A model generated the notes under the pieces. That model did not search any database and was not told the origin of the DNA. It was given only the letters and a program-made list of their open reading frames with translations. Made by a program: the position numbers and the translations under genes. From assembly GCA_035221665.1 (NCBI GenBank), contig CM069131.1, positions 49,042,001 through 49,106,000 on the forward strand: a stretch of DNA of 64,000 nucleotides, written 5' to 3'. This stretch comes from Okamejei kenojei (lineage: Eukaryota). Of this stretch, positions 35,901 to 49,114 are shown in pieces; the stretch's first letter is position 1; each line of letters starts with the position of its first letter.

Positions 35901-38900
35901 TCCCATATAGGTAATGAATAATTAGCATTTTTAGGGTTGATGCAGGCCATGAAGTACCCTCTGGAAATCAAGTTGCTTAGCGTTTCAAATTTTTCCAATC
36001 TTGAAAATGGGTATAATGAACAAAAGGTATTCTAGCGGGTTAAATCAATTATGATAAGACAACTCAATCCTTTTTTGGTTTTGATAAAGAATGTTAGATA
36101 TAAACTCAGAGGTTAATGTGTCATTTTTTTTCTATAACCCCTTGGGGTATACCTTATTAGTGCCGCATGTCCTTCACTTTTTCTTGGTTGAGAAAGATGC
36201 AAATTTCCTGTTTGGTACATGCTGGACTGGGAAGGTGTCCATTTATGAATTCAATTTCAGTTAACCCTGAATACTTTGGTAATATAAAAAATGTCAGAGT
36301 TAGAGAACCCCATGCATCCTAGAATGTATGCAACTCCCTCCTACTTGTGTGGGTTATACATGCAGCACTCCCAGGGAATAACCTGACCCCTTTACATCAT
36401 GGTTACCGGCGGGGCTTGGATTGTTCTGGCTTTCTTGGTTCATTGTGTTGCTGGGATGTCGGGGTTTGGCGCATCTTCCAGGTGGTCGCTGTGGGCCTGT
36501 CCTAAAAAAGGCTTTTGTTGATAGGGCGTGACGCAGGGTTGGTTCTAGTTGCCTATCGGGTTGAACCCAACAAGGCCTGTTTGATGTTGCATAAAGGATG
36601 CAGCCATGATGGTCTGTTCGAGGATGGGTAGTTCTCAACCAAACCGGTGTGCCTTCCTCAATCCAGGTCTTTTACCTGTTTAGGCAGGTCGTCACCGAAC
36701 AACTGTCTCGGTGGTGGCATAACATTGGCTTTGCACAAACCCGCAAATTTTGGGTTTAGTGTTGGACGGATGGAGCTCTTGCGAAAGCAGTTGATCTCAT
36801 ATTGAGTATTGCATAGCAACGCTAGTGCATCCTGCTGCTCCTCCGTCATGTCCGTCCCGCCTATGGACCTGGCAAAGGCAGACAATAGAAGCAAGTGGTA
36901 GCAAGGTGAAAATTAATAGTGGCTGGCAGACAAATGCAGGAAAAAAATCAAAAGGGGCCACTTGTCAAACAAATTTATAAAGGATAAAAGTGTTGTAAAA
37001 GCAAGCCTGAAGGCTTTGTGTCTCAATGCGAGGAGCATTCGTAATAAGGTGGATGAGTTGAAGGTGCAGATAGCTGTAAATTACTATGCTATAGTTGGGA
37101 TCACGGAGACATGGCTCCATGGTGACCAAGGCTGGGAGCTGAACATCCAGGGATTTACAATATTCAGGAGGGATAGACGGAAGGAAAAAGGATGGTGGGG
37201 GTAGCCATGCTTGTGAGAAAGGAGATTAATGCATATAGAAAAGGAAAGGACATTGTAGCGTGGAGGATGTTGGAATCGATATGGGTAGAGCTGCGAAACT
37301 CTAACGGGGACAGAAAAACGCTGTGGGAGTTGTGTACAGGCCACCTAATGGTAGTATTGGAGGTTGGGGGATGGCATCAAACAAGAAATTAGAATTGCAT
37401 GCAAAAGGGTAAACACAGTTATTAATGGAGTGACTTCAATCTGCATTAGATTGGGGTGAATCAAATTGGGCAGGGGTGCCGAGGAAAGACGATTTCTTGG
37501 AATGTATGCGGGATTAGTTTTCTAATACCAGCATGTGGCCAGGAACCAACGATGGAGAGCAGGCTAATCTAGACTGGGTATTGAGTAATGAGGAAGGGTT
37601 AGTTGCAGCTTGGGTTGTGCGTTGGCCCCTTGGGCAAAGACGTGACCATATTTAATTGAGTTCTTCATTAGGATGGAGAGTGACATAATTGTCAGAAACA
37701 AGGGTTCTGAAACTTAAACAAAGGTAACTTTGAAGGTTATGAAGCCGTTGAATTGGCAAGATAGACTGGCAGGTGAGTCTTAAAGGGTAGACAGTGGATG
37801 TGCACTGGAAGGTATTATTTAAAGACTGCATGGATGAACCAGTTTGGCAAAAGAATAAATCAGGGAAGGTGAAGTCGCCATCCGTGGATAACGTGCGGAA
37901 AATCAGGGATAGATAAAAAACTAAGATGAAGCATACAAATTGGCCCAAATATAAGCAGCCTACCAGAGGACTGGAGAAGCGAAATTCAGAATCCAGCAGA
38001 GGAGGACAAAGGGAATTAATTAGGAAAGGGAAAAATAGATATTACGAAAGGAAACTGGCAGGGACATAAAAACTGACTGCAATTTTTTTTATAGATATTG
38101 TGAAGAGAAAGAGACTAGTTTAGAACTATGTTGGTCCCTTGCAGTCAGAAGCAGGTGTGAATTGATCATGAGGGAACAAGGACATGGCAGGACCAAGTTG
38201 AATAACTACTTTGTTCTTTCTTCACTAAGGAAGACATAAATAATCTGCCGGGGAAAATTAGCAGGGGGACCGGAGATCAAATAATGATGGCGGGGAACTG
38301 AGTGAAATCCCCAGGTTAGCCGGAAGTGTGTTGGGTAAATTGAACGATTAAAGGCCGATAAATCCCCAGGGCCAGATGAGTCTGCATCCCAGAGTGCTCA
38401 AGGAGGTAGCCACGGAAAATAGTGGATGCATTAGTGATAATTTTTCAAAACTCCTTTGATTCTTGAGTAGTTCCTGAGGATTGGAGGATAGCTAATGTAC
38501 CCCACTTTTAAAAAGGAGGCACGAGGGAAAGCGGGGAATTACAGACCAGTTAGTCTAATATGGGTAGTGGAGGGGAAACTGCTAGAGTCAGTTATTAAAG
38601 ATAGGGGATAGCACGCATTTGGAAAGTGGTTGAAATCATTAGACAAGTCAGCATGGATTTACAAAAGGTAAATCATGTCTGACGAATCTTATAGAATTTT
38701 TCGAGGATGTAAACTAGTAGAGTGGATAAGGGAGAACCAGTGGATGTGTTTTATCTGGACTTTCAGAAGGCTTTCGACAAAGTCCCACATAAGAGATTAG
38801 TATATAAACTTAAAGCACACGGTATTGGGTGGCTTCAATAATGATGTGGAATAGAGAACTGGCTGGCAGTCAGGAAGCAAACTCCCCGGGTAAGGAGTAA

Positions 38901-41513
38901 ACGGGTCCTTTTCAGAATGGCAGGGCTGTGAGTAGTGGGGTACCGCAAGGCTCAGTGCGGACACCCAGCTATTTACAATATACATTTAATGATTTGAGCG
39001 AGGGAATTGAATGCAACATCTCCAATTCTCGCAGATGACCCAAGCTGGGGGGGTTTTAGTGTCTTATTTAGCTGTGAGGAGAATGCTAGGAGGCTGCAGG
39101 GTGATTTGGATAGGCTGGGTGAATGGGCAGATGCATGGCAGATGCACTATAATGTGGATAATGTGAGGTTATCCACTTTGGTGGCAAAAACATGAGGGAT
39201 TAGTGTTTATTCTCTGAATGGTTTGGCCCCAGATTAGGAAAACGGGGGGGGACTGCAACAAGACCTGGGTGTCATGGTACACCAGTCATTGAAAGTAGGC
39301 ATGCAGGTGCAGCAGGCTGTGAAGAAAGCAATGGTATGTTAGCATTCATAGCGATCTTCGAAAGGATTTGAGTATAGGAATCAGGGAGGTTCTACTGCAG
39401 TTGTACAGGTCTTGGTGAGACACACCTGGAGTATTGCGTACTACAGTTTTGGTCTCCAAATCTGAGAACGACATTCTTGCCATAGAGGGGGTTCAGAGGG
39501 ACAAAGGCTTCACCAAACTGATTCCTAGGATTGTCGGGAACTAGGGATTTCATATGAAGAAAGACTTGGATTAGACTCAGCTTGTCCTCACTGAAATTTT
39601 AGAAGATCTTATTAGAAACTTACAAAATTCTTAAGGGTTGGGACAAGCTAGATGCTGGAAGATTTGTTCCCGATATGGGGGAGTCAAGAACATGGGGGGT
39701 CACAGTCTAAGGATAAGGGGGAATTCCTTTAGGACCGAGATAGATGAGGAAAAAAAACATTCTTTACACAGAGAGTGGTGAGTCTCTGGAATTCTCTGCC
39801 ACAGGAGGTCGTTGAGGCCCAGTTCATTCGCTATATATTCAAGAGTGGGAGTTTGATGTGGTCTCTTGGTGGCTAAAGGGATCAGGGGGTGTTATGGAGA
39901 GAAGGCAGGTACGGGATACTGAATTGGATGATCAGCCATGATCATATTGAATGGCGGTGCAGGCTCAAAGGGCCGAATGGCCTACTCCTGCACCTATTTT
40001 CTATGTTTCTATGTTTCTATGTAATGCCTGTGGTCAATAAATTCAGGATTTTTTGTAATTTTAATTCCTGGGCCCTGATTCCAGGACTGATGTTACCCCA
40101 GATGGGTGTGTTGACGGTAGGGACATTGAGCTACACCCAATTTTCAGGAACATTGTATTTGTTGGTAGTCTCCGACAGCACCTGTTCCTGCAGCTGGTGT
40201 GTGGTTAAATAATTGATGCTGGCCGCTAGCCTGGGCTGATGAGGTTGCCCCGATTGTGCTGGTTGGGCGAACTTCGACACTACTTCCAGAAGTTCCTCTT
40301 CAGGCATCTCTTGCAACACAGGTTCTTGCACCAACCCCTCTTCAAAGTCAGCTAATGGCTGACCTGGCACTCCCTATTGAAGAGGGAGAGATGTTTGGTA
40401 GTTCTGCTGTTTGTCTTGTGGATCCTAAAGACACACGCTGTTGATGTAGAAGGTCCCTTTCCAGCAGCTGCTCCACCATTCGCTCCATACGAGCCATGCG
40501 ACCGTCGCTGCTATCTGCGGACGGCAAGTCGACTTCCCCAAGTTCTGATGAACGATTGGGGCTTCTACCATCAGTCTGCATCTCGTCGAGGTGCTGACTA
40601 AGGAACCTAGGTAGGTAGTCGGTGCCTGCCGCTCCTAAGGGGCTACACGACTCCCGCGCGGATTTGCCGCTTGTCCGTGGTCTTCCGGACTTTTGTTGCG
40701 ACTGCGGCGGTGATGAGTTGGTGCCAGCCGCTCCAGCGGGGTTACACGCCATCCGCGCGGGCTTGCCGCCAGTCCCGGAAGTACGGGACTGATGCGACGC
40801 AAAGTCGGTGCCAGCCGCTCCTGCGGGGCTACCCGACTTCCGTGTTGATTTCCCACCGGTCCGTGCTCTGGCAGACTGAAGCGGTGGTGAGTCGGTGGCG
40901 GCCGCTGCTCGACTTCGGTGCGGTTTTCCCAATGGTCCGCCCTCTGGTGACCTGTAATAGTGGGGAAGTGGAACATGCAGTTGAAACAGGCACTGATTTA
41001 CGCACCTTTTTACCGCTGGCCCGGTGCTGCTCGGGTTGAAGCAGTAGAGAGTCAGGGTCTTGCCTACCCTGCTCCCGCACTGTCCTCTTCCCAGTGTGCT
41101 GCTCCCTGGCCTGCTGTGGTGGAGAGTCGGGTCCTGCCGACTGAGCGGGGCTCCCCCACTTCCGCGCTCTTTTCCCGGCCTGTGGTACGAGTGCTGCCGG
41201 TGTAGCGGACAGCTCCGGGGATTGCGGCCGCTGACTTCTATCCGAAGTCCCGCGGTCCTTGGAGGCATGCTTCGATGCAGCCTTCGTTCTAGTTCTCCGT
41301 TCCATCGTCTCTGTAAGTAAATAATACAAATACAGAAACTAACCAACTCAAGGTTAGTAAAAACTTACCTGAGGGCCTTTTTGAAGCTGCCGATAGAGGA
41401 GCGCACTCCCCCCCCCCCCCCAGCTGTCGACTGCAAATGCGAGCGACGATATGTCGCACATGCGTGCTGGCGGGGGCTTCACGAAGTCACTCACGTGACT
41501 CCGAAGTAAAATA
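32980..41513 (-). mobile_element. DIRS1-type tyrosine-recombinase retrotransposon (apparently full-length, degraded, split by a CR1)
   Basis: Minus strand: gag-like DALALL...IRPTLN...LFGDDL; RT GYFMACIN...YSLPI and DYLGF; RNase H ELQWW...GGRW; methyltransferase-like DIDLFSSRLN (~34800-34828); YR HSTRAASTS and STFQHFYNKP. Termini are mirrored in an internal region at 33202-33315. Confidence 0.88.
36880..40022 (+). mobile_element. CR1 LINE (ORF2 endonuclease + RT) inserted in the DIRS gag
   Basis: KALCLNARSIRNKVDEL...IVGITETWL; tatctggactttcagaaggctttcgacaaagtcccacat (YLDFQKAFDKVPH); (ttctatgt)n tail. Confidence 0.92.
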
Positions 41514-41739
41514 AACGGTACGTTGCAATCAAACTGGAATGTGAATACATCTATATTAATTTGAAATTCTTAACATATAATTTCCAAACTTGCCATTGCT
41601 TACTTATCATTAATTAGTTTCAGCTTCATAAAGCTGCCATCGATATTTAATAACACCTTGTTAAAAACAAAGTTTGATGATCTGTGTGAAAAAAACTGCA
41701 ACACCTGTTCCGATGCACTGAAAACGTTGAGTTAAGAGT

Positions 41740-42225
41740 CTAATTGTGCACAGTTCTGGCCAGCGAGATATAATAAGGATATCAGCAAACTGGAGAGGGT
41801 GCAGAAAAGATTCACAAGGATGCTAATGGAACTGGAGGACTTTATAAACGGAGGTGGGATAGCTGGTGTTTTTCCTCCCTGTGAATCGCAGGAGACCTGA
41901 TAGACATATTTAAAACAATGAGGAGCACAGATAAGGTGAATAGTCAGTCTTTGTGCCAGGGTAGGTGGGCCCAAATCTTGAGAGTGTAGATTTAAGGCAA
42001 GAGGGAAAAAATTTAAAGACCTGAGGGTGATGGGTTATGGAAGGTGCTGTCAGAAGAAGTGGTAGGGGAGGACAATTAAAATGCTTGACAGTTATTTTGA
42101 CAGATATGTACATAGAAAAGGTTTAGAGGGATTTGGGTCAAATGCGGGAAAATGGCACTAGATCGGGTATTGGTATGGAAAAATTGAGTCGGAGGGTCTG
42201 TTCTGTGCTATATAACTCTATGACT
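41740..42225 (+). mobile_element. Older CR1 3' fragment
   Basis: gtgcacagttctgg...ctggagagggtgcagaaaagattcacaaggatg (LERVQKRFTRM) and a ctctatgactc tail. Confidence 0.75.
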
Positions 42226-43054
42226 CCATTCCTGTACAGTATGACTCAGTCGGCAATGGATAATGTAGACCTGTGAGAACTTGCCTCACTTGTGACTAGA
42301 TCACCAGCTTACAACTGGCCAAAAAGAGTCAAAATTATTGCTGGGCATCTGATGACATTTGTAAGTTTGCCAAGGATGAGAAAAAATGGCAGGAATTTTT
42401 ACATATATAATGCTTTTTGCATCCTCAGAATGTTTGCAGTGCTTGATGTCCAGTTATATGGTCATTGATCTCACTGCCATTAGTGGCATTTTGTAATATT
42501 TACTTATAATACCAAACCATCACTTCTTTGCTATGTTGTTTGCAGTGTAATTATTGGTCAAGTTGCCTGGACTTACATTCAGACTTTTAATTTTAATATT
42601 GTTCCTCCTCACTTTTGGTACACTGGAAAGTGTCATTTTTGCATCCAATATCGCCATGGTTGATTAGAAAGGTCATAGGCAAATATCCTACAATACAAAC
42701 CACTGGATGCATTTGTGCAGATGGATTCATACTATAGAATTACATCTGGCAAAACAGAAGTCATACCTGTATGGGGAAATTCTTCTGAGTATCGTTTCCT
42801 ACATCACATTTGCCACGTCTGTCTGACACGAGGTTTTGTTCTAAAATACAATTCCACTTCTGGAGAGGATGTTAAGTCTATGTTACCCTATAACAGTTTT
42901 TGTTGTTGTCTCCATTGTTTCACCTAACCATGGTGTTAGCAGCTGGTAGAAATTCTCCAGCCCTTGTGTTGATCTTTATGTTCTGAAAAATTAACAATCT
43001 CAATATTCAGTTTTATAACAAAGATCCAGCCTTTCTTTTGTGTTCTATTTGCAG

Positions 43055-43129
43055 GAATTCTTTGACCTATGGCCTGAACAGATGGGTGAAGTTCCTCCCT
43101 ACAAAGGTCCCAGAACACCTGATGGCAGA
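43055..43129 (+). CDS. PDE6B: PDE6 exon 5
   Basis: ttgcag|[25 protein letters not shown]|gtatgt; 75 nt. Confidence 0.92.
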
Positions 43130-44329
43130 GTATGTTTTAATTGGATTCATTGTAAAAGTGAGAACTCTGTTATAGAAAGACTTGCATTGACACAGAAACA
43201 TCCTGGTTTTTATTGTGCACTTCACTATTTGTTTGGCGTTTTGTCACCAGTGTATTACCATCACTTGTACACTGTGGACAGGTTGGCAGCTCATTTGTAG
43301 ACAGCAGGGTTCCATAATATAATGAGGGTCCAATAATCTAATTGAAATCACGATAGCTGGGAGATGCATAGTGGCTGGAACTTCTCGGGTCTTTTTTATA
43401 AAGTGTTCTAGATTCCTTCAATTGGACCTCAGAACATACATGTGCCTTCAGTTTAACATTTCCTCCACCCTTGTATCACTCCAGGGCTTGCTGTCCCACA
43501 GTGACTCCCTGTTAAACAGTACCTCAATTTTAATACTCATAGCCTTGTTATAAACTCTTCCCTGCACTTGCCTCTCCATACCCCTGTATTTCCTCCACAT
43601 CAATAACCCAAATGATAACAGGCCAACTCTAATTTTGATTTGTCGTTCAGTCCTGAATTTAATCGTTACATTATGGGGTTTCATGCTTTCTTCTGTCAAG
43701 TTTCCAAGCTCTGGAATTCTCTCCTTATACCTCCCTGCCTTTCCACCTATTTTTCTTCCTTCAAGGCACTTGGTTAAAACTTCCATCTGTAAGGTTTTGG
43801 TCATCTGGGCCAATATGGACAGATGACAATATTATTACATGAGGAGCCCTGGGATGTCTTTGCTAGATTAGGGATGAGATGTAAATAAAAATATTTGAAA
43901 GGTGACAAGGCAGATTTAGGCCCTCTGTTGTTCGCTCTTAAACGTTCAACACCCTTATTCTGCTTTGACATTTGATTTTGTTGATTTTAGTAGAATCAAA
44001 TTTCAGAAGTAAAGTGCAATACAAGATGAATTTCTAGCCCAATATTGCTAGTACTATCCTCAGGGTGCCAATCTAGATTTTGCACCCCAGTGTTAAAAGG
44101 TCACTTGAACCCCAACCTTCTAGATCAGAGGTAAGAGGGATATCAGATGAACCAAGGCTTGAACCAGCTGAACGAAGCCATGTTCTCTAGGGATGCAGCC
44201 TGACCTGCTGAGTTAATCCACCATTTTGTGTCAAAGCAAGGCTGATGGTAGCTGATCAAGGCTATAACACATTCCAGCTGGGTTCATTGTAATTTCTGCT
44301 TGTCATTAATGAATGTTATTATTTTATAG

Positions 44330-44394
44330 GAAATAATCTATCACAAAATCATTGATTACTTTCTACACGGGAAGGAGGAGATTAAGGTCATTCC
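44330..44394 (+). CDS. PDE6B: PDE6 exon 6
   Basis: ttatag|EIIYHKIIDYFLHGKEEIKVI(P)|gtaagt; 65 nt, ends phase 2. Confidence 0.92.
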
Positions 44395-44494
44395 GTAAGT
44401 TTTAAACATGTCGCAGATGACCATTTGTTTCAGCTGGTAAAATGATATAAAAGTTCAACTTGGGGTTTTCTCTCTCTCTCTCTCACTTCTGCAG

Positions 44495-44561
44495 GACTCC
44501 TCCTGCTGACCACTGGTCCTTAGTTAGTGGACTGCCAACTTACGTTGCAGAAAATGGCTTA
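44495..44561 (+). CDS. PDE6B: PDE6 exon 7
   Basis: ctgcag|[23 protein letters not shown]|gtaagt; 67 nt restores phase 0. Confidence 0.92.
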
Positions 44562-44600
44562 GTAAGTTTTGTTCTTTTTGCCACTAAAGCATTTTGTAAA

Positions 44601-44601
<1 letters not shown>

Positions 44602-44634
<33 letters not shown>

Positions 44635-44680
44635 ATTTTATTTATGGGCGCCTTTCAGGACTCTCAAGGACACCTTACAA
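44602..44680 (-). mobile_element. L2-type LINE 3' tip with (TTA)n tail
   Basis: Reverse complement tgtaaggtgtccttgagagtcctgaaaggcgcccataaataaaatgta(tta)n resembles fish L2 3' ends. Confidence 0.6.
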
Positions 44681-44809
44681 TTAAAACAAGCATGAAACAA
44701 AAACAACATGTACAGGAACAATACACAACTGGGAGAGAGAGCAGCGGCAGCCAATCGCGCCAGCGTTCACGCTCACCTCCAGCAGCCATGTTTTCCGAGC
44801 CATCTGCAG

Positions 44810-45052
44810 CACACCAATAAAAATAAAACACAACATTGAAGAATTTAACATAAAAAATAAAAACATCCCCTCACAATGGTTCCCACTGTGAGGGAAGGCA
44901 ACAAAATCCAGTCCTCTTCCTCTTGTTCACCCATGGTCGGGCCTATTGAGACCTCCGCAGTCGCCGCAACGGCAGCCCAATGTTACAGGCCCTCTCGCCG
45001 GGCGATGGAGCTCTGGCGTCGGGAGAACACTCTCAGTGGCTTGGAGTGTCTG
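44810..45052 (-). mobile_element. GC-rich non-autonomous element fragment (hairpin family)
   Basis: Reverse complement shares gggtgaacaa.gaggaaga.gactg...ttgccttc..tcacagtg...ggatgttt with 63176-63260. Confidence 0.65.
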
Positions 45053-47012
45053 GTAATGCAATTATATCTTGGAAAAGAACTCTCGGAGAAATATGGAATA
45101 GATTAATTTACATGTAGCCAGGGCAAAGTCAGTAACAAAGAAACTCGCAATGCAAAACTCCATTGTGTCGGCCTTGAAACGTGGGGCAGTAAAGCAGCAT
45201 AACTCTGAAGATAATTCACTACAGGATCTAATGGTGATGGCTTCGTGTTACAGGAGATGCTTGTGCTAGAATTGCCCCATGATCAAAGGCATTGAAAATC
45301 ATTCCAGGCCTGGACTCCAATGTATGCAGGCGCTCAAGTCGATGGGTTGCTCTTGTGAGCAAACCAGCTTAATTTTAACCTTATTTGCGACACACCTTTC
45401 ACAAGTTGGTCTATCTCTTGGAAACTGCGTGTGAATCATTTCATTCTGTGCAGATGGATTTCTATATGGGGCCAAACCTCAGCTGAGGTTTTGGGAAACA
45501 TCTTCATGGAATGTAGATGGAAACCTGGAGTTTATTGCCTTGAGTTATGCAATGGCACATGTTTGGACTGAGGATTGCATCATCCTGTGGAATTTGAGCT
45601 CCAGTGCAAATGCTTTTCGTTTAAGACGAAATCCACACATGGAGGTCGGCTTAGTACTGAAAACCGAATGGAGGCATACTGTCCATGACAAATGAGGTGG
45701 GGATGCAGGAAGGGGGATGCACCATGGTGGCAGGGTTGCAGAGAGGTGGAAATTTGTATGATGCAATCTGCAATCTGCTTAAGTTGGAAGAGCAGAATTA
45801 GGCCATTAGACCCATTAAGTCTACTAAACCATTCAATCATGGCTGCTCTATCTTTTCCTGTCAACACCTTCTGCCTTCTTCCCATAACCCTGACACCCAT
45901 GCTAATAAAAAATCTATCAATTTCCACCTTAGAATTTTCCATTGAAGGCCTCCAGAGCCACCTGTGCCAATGAATTCCACAGATTCACTACCCTCTGACA
46001 AAAGAGGTACCTTGTGGCGGTGGAAATGGGAAAGCCTCCCCACAAATTGTGTGAATGCATCAAACTTCTCCTGAAAGCACCTAATTTTACATCAGCTGAT
46101 GGATTTCCTGAGGTTTAGGAAACATCTACAGATGGGACACAGAATCTTCCAGGTCTCAAAGAGGTTCACCAGCAGTTGAGAAATACCTATTAGCGTACTT
46201 CAGGTGAATGTTCCATGTAACAACCCATATCGTGGATCTCCAGCAGTCCAGGGATGGACCACTGCATGGACAACCACATACTGGAATCCCCATTATTTCC
46301 AGGAGCTACCAAGTGGTCGAAAGATCGCTCTCAGATGGAAACCTTCTTGAGATTTGGGAAGCCCATCCTTGTCAGCACAACATACAAAGAGAGTCAAACC
46401 GGAGGCTGAATGTTTCATTTATATGCAGTCATGGAGTCATAGCGTGATACAGTGTGGGGACAGGTCCTTCGGCCCAACTTGCCCACACCGGCCAATAATG
46501 TCCCAGCTACACTAGTCCCACTTGCCTGCACTTGGTCCATATCCCTCCAAACCTTTCCTGTCCAGTATTTGTCAGTTAGTACCCTGGGACAGGGAAGATA
46601 TCCTTCCTCTTGTTCTCTACCAATAAAAGCTAGAAGATTACTTGTTTGAGCCCATCTTTCCATTTCGGTTGGTGCTTTTCTTCCAAGTTCACTCTCATAT
46701 TCTCACCCAATTATACACATTTTACAGTTCTTGTGACCACATGGGTTTCCTCCAAGTGCTCCGGTTTCCTCCCACATCTCAAAGATGTGTGGGTTGGTTG
46801 ATTCATTTTCCACTGTAAGTTGATCATAGAGTGTAAGTGGGTGATAGACTCTTGGAGGGAGATGATGAGATTACGGGGAGAATAAAACATGGGATGAAGG
46901 TACTATTAGAGTAAATGTGTGGTTAATGGTTGGCTTGGACTCAGTGGGCCAAACAGCCTGTTTCCATGCAGTCATTCTCTATGACTAATTGAGTTAATTA
47001 TTATCTTTACAG

Positions 47013-47060
47013 ATTTGCAATATCATGAATGCAGCAACTGAAGATACATTCACCTTCCAG
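47013..47060 (+). CDS. PDE6B: PDE6 exon 8
   Basis: ttacag|ICNIMNAATEDTFTFQ|gtaaaa; 48 nt. Confidence 0.9.
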
Positions 47061-47458
47061 GTAAAACAACCAACAACTAGAGCCACAAACCACTGATTTA
47101 GTAGCCCCTTCAAATCCCAACTTCTCTCATTCAGAATGTCATTCAGAAACAAGCAAACCTAAGCTGTAGTTGGCTTATCTGTTCAGAATCTAGTTCCAAC
47201 AGTTACGTAATAAGTAAGGAATGAAATGAATGATCCATGCGGAATCAACATTTACTGTTTTATGCTCTATGTTTTCTGTTCTATGTTCCATGATTACTTT
47301 TCTATATTCACTGTTCTCTGTTCTATGAAGGGTTTAAGAGGGATATATGGACCTAATGTGGACAAATTGGATTAGCTTAGATGGAGCACCTGGCAAGTTG
47401 GGCTGAGGTTCTGCACAAGGGAATATCTAAAATTGTCCAAGTAAAATTCATAATAAAT

Positions 47459-47840
47459 GTTGACTTGGATAAGCTTTTCCCATTGAGGGTAGGGAAGAGT
47501 TGACGTGGATAAGCTTTTCCCATTGAGGGTAGGGAAGATTCAAACAAGAGGGCATGACATGTGAATTAAGGGACGGAAGTTTAGGGGTAACGTGAGGGGG
47601 AACTTCTTTACTCAGAGGGTGGTGGCTGTGTGGAATGAGCTTCCAGCAGAAGTGGTGGAGGCAGGATCGATTTTAACATTTAAAAGTAAAGTGGATAGGT
47701 ATATGGACGGGAGGGGAATGGAGGGGTATGGTCTGAGTGCAGGTAGACACTGCATGGGACTAGGGGAAAACAAATGATCGGCACAGACTGGAAGGGCCGA
47801 GAGGGCCTGTTTCCGTGCTGTAATTGTTATATGGTTATGT
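47459..47840 (+). mobile_element. CR1 3' fragment, same subfamily as 25690-26880
   Basis: Near-identical to 26533-26870 (RGNFFTQRVVAVWNELP), with a ttatatgg tail. Confidence 0.9.
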
Positions 47841-48520
47841 TGAAAATCAACACAAATACCTTAGTTACTGATTCTTCTTGCAGCATTTATACCTCACCCA
47901 GATGATTATTCTGTTTTATGTCATAGGGGCAGCAGTAGGCCATTTGGCCTATGGAATCTACTCCACCATTCAATCATGGCAGGTTCCCTCTCAACCTCAT
48001 TCTCCTGCTTTCTCCCTATAACCCTTGCTTTCCTTACTAATCCTTCGTGCCTTTATTTACCTATTCATACACTACCCTTTTGTTCCTTTTCAGTGTTAGG
48101 ATCATGCAGGGAAATGAAAAACATCTTTATGTCAAATGGTAATTAAATAAGAGTATAATTGCCATTTCAGCAGCCATCATAAGTGGTTCAGCTTTCAGCT
48201 AGAAAAGTGTTTGAGAGAGATGGTGAGAAAGCTGAAACAGAAATCACCGTACTTGCTGGATCAAGTGTTTTTTCCCTGTTAATTCTGCCATTAGTGGATT
48301 ATATTCCTCTCCCTCAAGTGTCAGAGTTGTGGTCACTCCAAAATGTGTTGCACTTGCATTTCTCGGTCATGACCAGTTAGCCCTTGTACAGAACTGGGAA
48401 AAGGAGCAAAACACATTGAGTGGCTCTTAGATAACAGAAGATATTTTTTTACTTCCTGGCAAGAATAGCATATTTCAAACTGGTGTCATTTATAAATTCT
48501 CTTTTTTCCCCTTCATTCAG

Positions 48521-48670
48521 GCTGAATCTTTGGATAATTTTGGATGGACAATCAAAAATGTCCTTTCAATGCCAATAGTAAACAAAAAGGAAGAGATTGT
48601 TGGAATCGCCACATTTTACAACAGGAAAGATGGGAAACCTTTTGATGAAATGGATGAGGTTCTTATGGAA
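48521..48670 (+). CDS. PDE6B: PDE6 exon 9 (GAF-B)
   Basis: attcag|[50 protein letters not shown]|gtaagt; 150 nt. Confidence 0.94.
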
Positions 48671-48768
48671 GTAAGTCTCGTACTCTGGATCTTTTCACCT
48701 GATCGATTGTCCACTATGAGGTGCCTTCTTGGCATTTTATTTTTTTCTGGCTCTGTTTCTACCCCTAG

Positions 48769-48912
48769 TCGTTGACCCAGTTCCTGGGATGGTCTGTTCT
48801 CAACACGGACACATACGATAAAATGAGCAAGCTTGAACATCGAAAGGACATTGCCCAAGGAATGGTGCTCTATCATGTGAAATGCAGCAAGGAAGAAATT
48901 CAGAACATATTG
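48769..48912 (+). CDS. PDE6B: PDE6 exon 10
   Basis: ccctag|[48 protein letters not shown]|gtatgt; 144 nt. NTDTYDKM and [12 protein letters not shown] are PDE6B-like. Confidence 0.94.
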
Positions 48913-49114
48913 GTATGTCTTTGCCGAAGAAGGCAAATGAGCTTCTTCTTTAAAAAAAGTTATTTTTAATGTTTGCAGGTGGCAGCAATTTGACAGGGGA
49001 GTGAGAACAATGTTGTTACCACAGTGCCACATTGTTGTCAGGCAATGATCCAATTCAGTGTGATTATGACAAATAGTTTTACTGGAAAGCATTTATACTG
49101 TTACTGTTCTTTAA

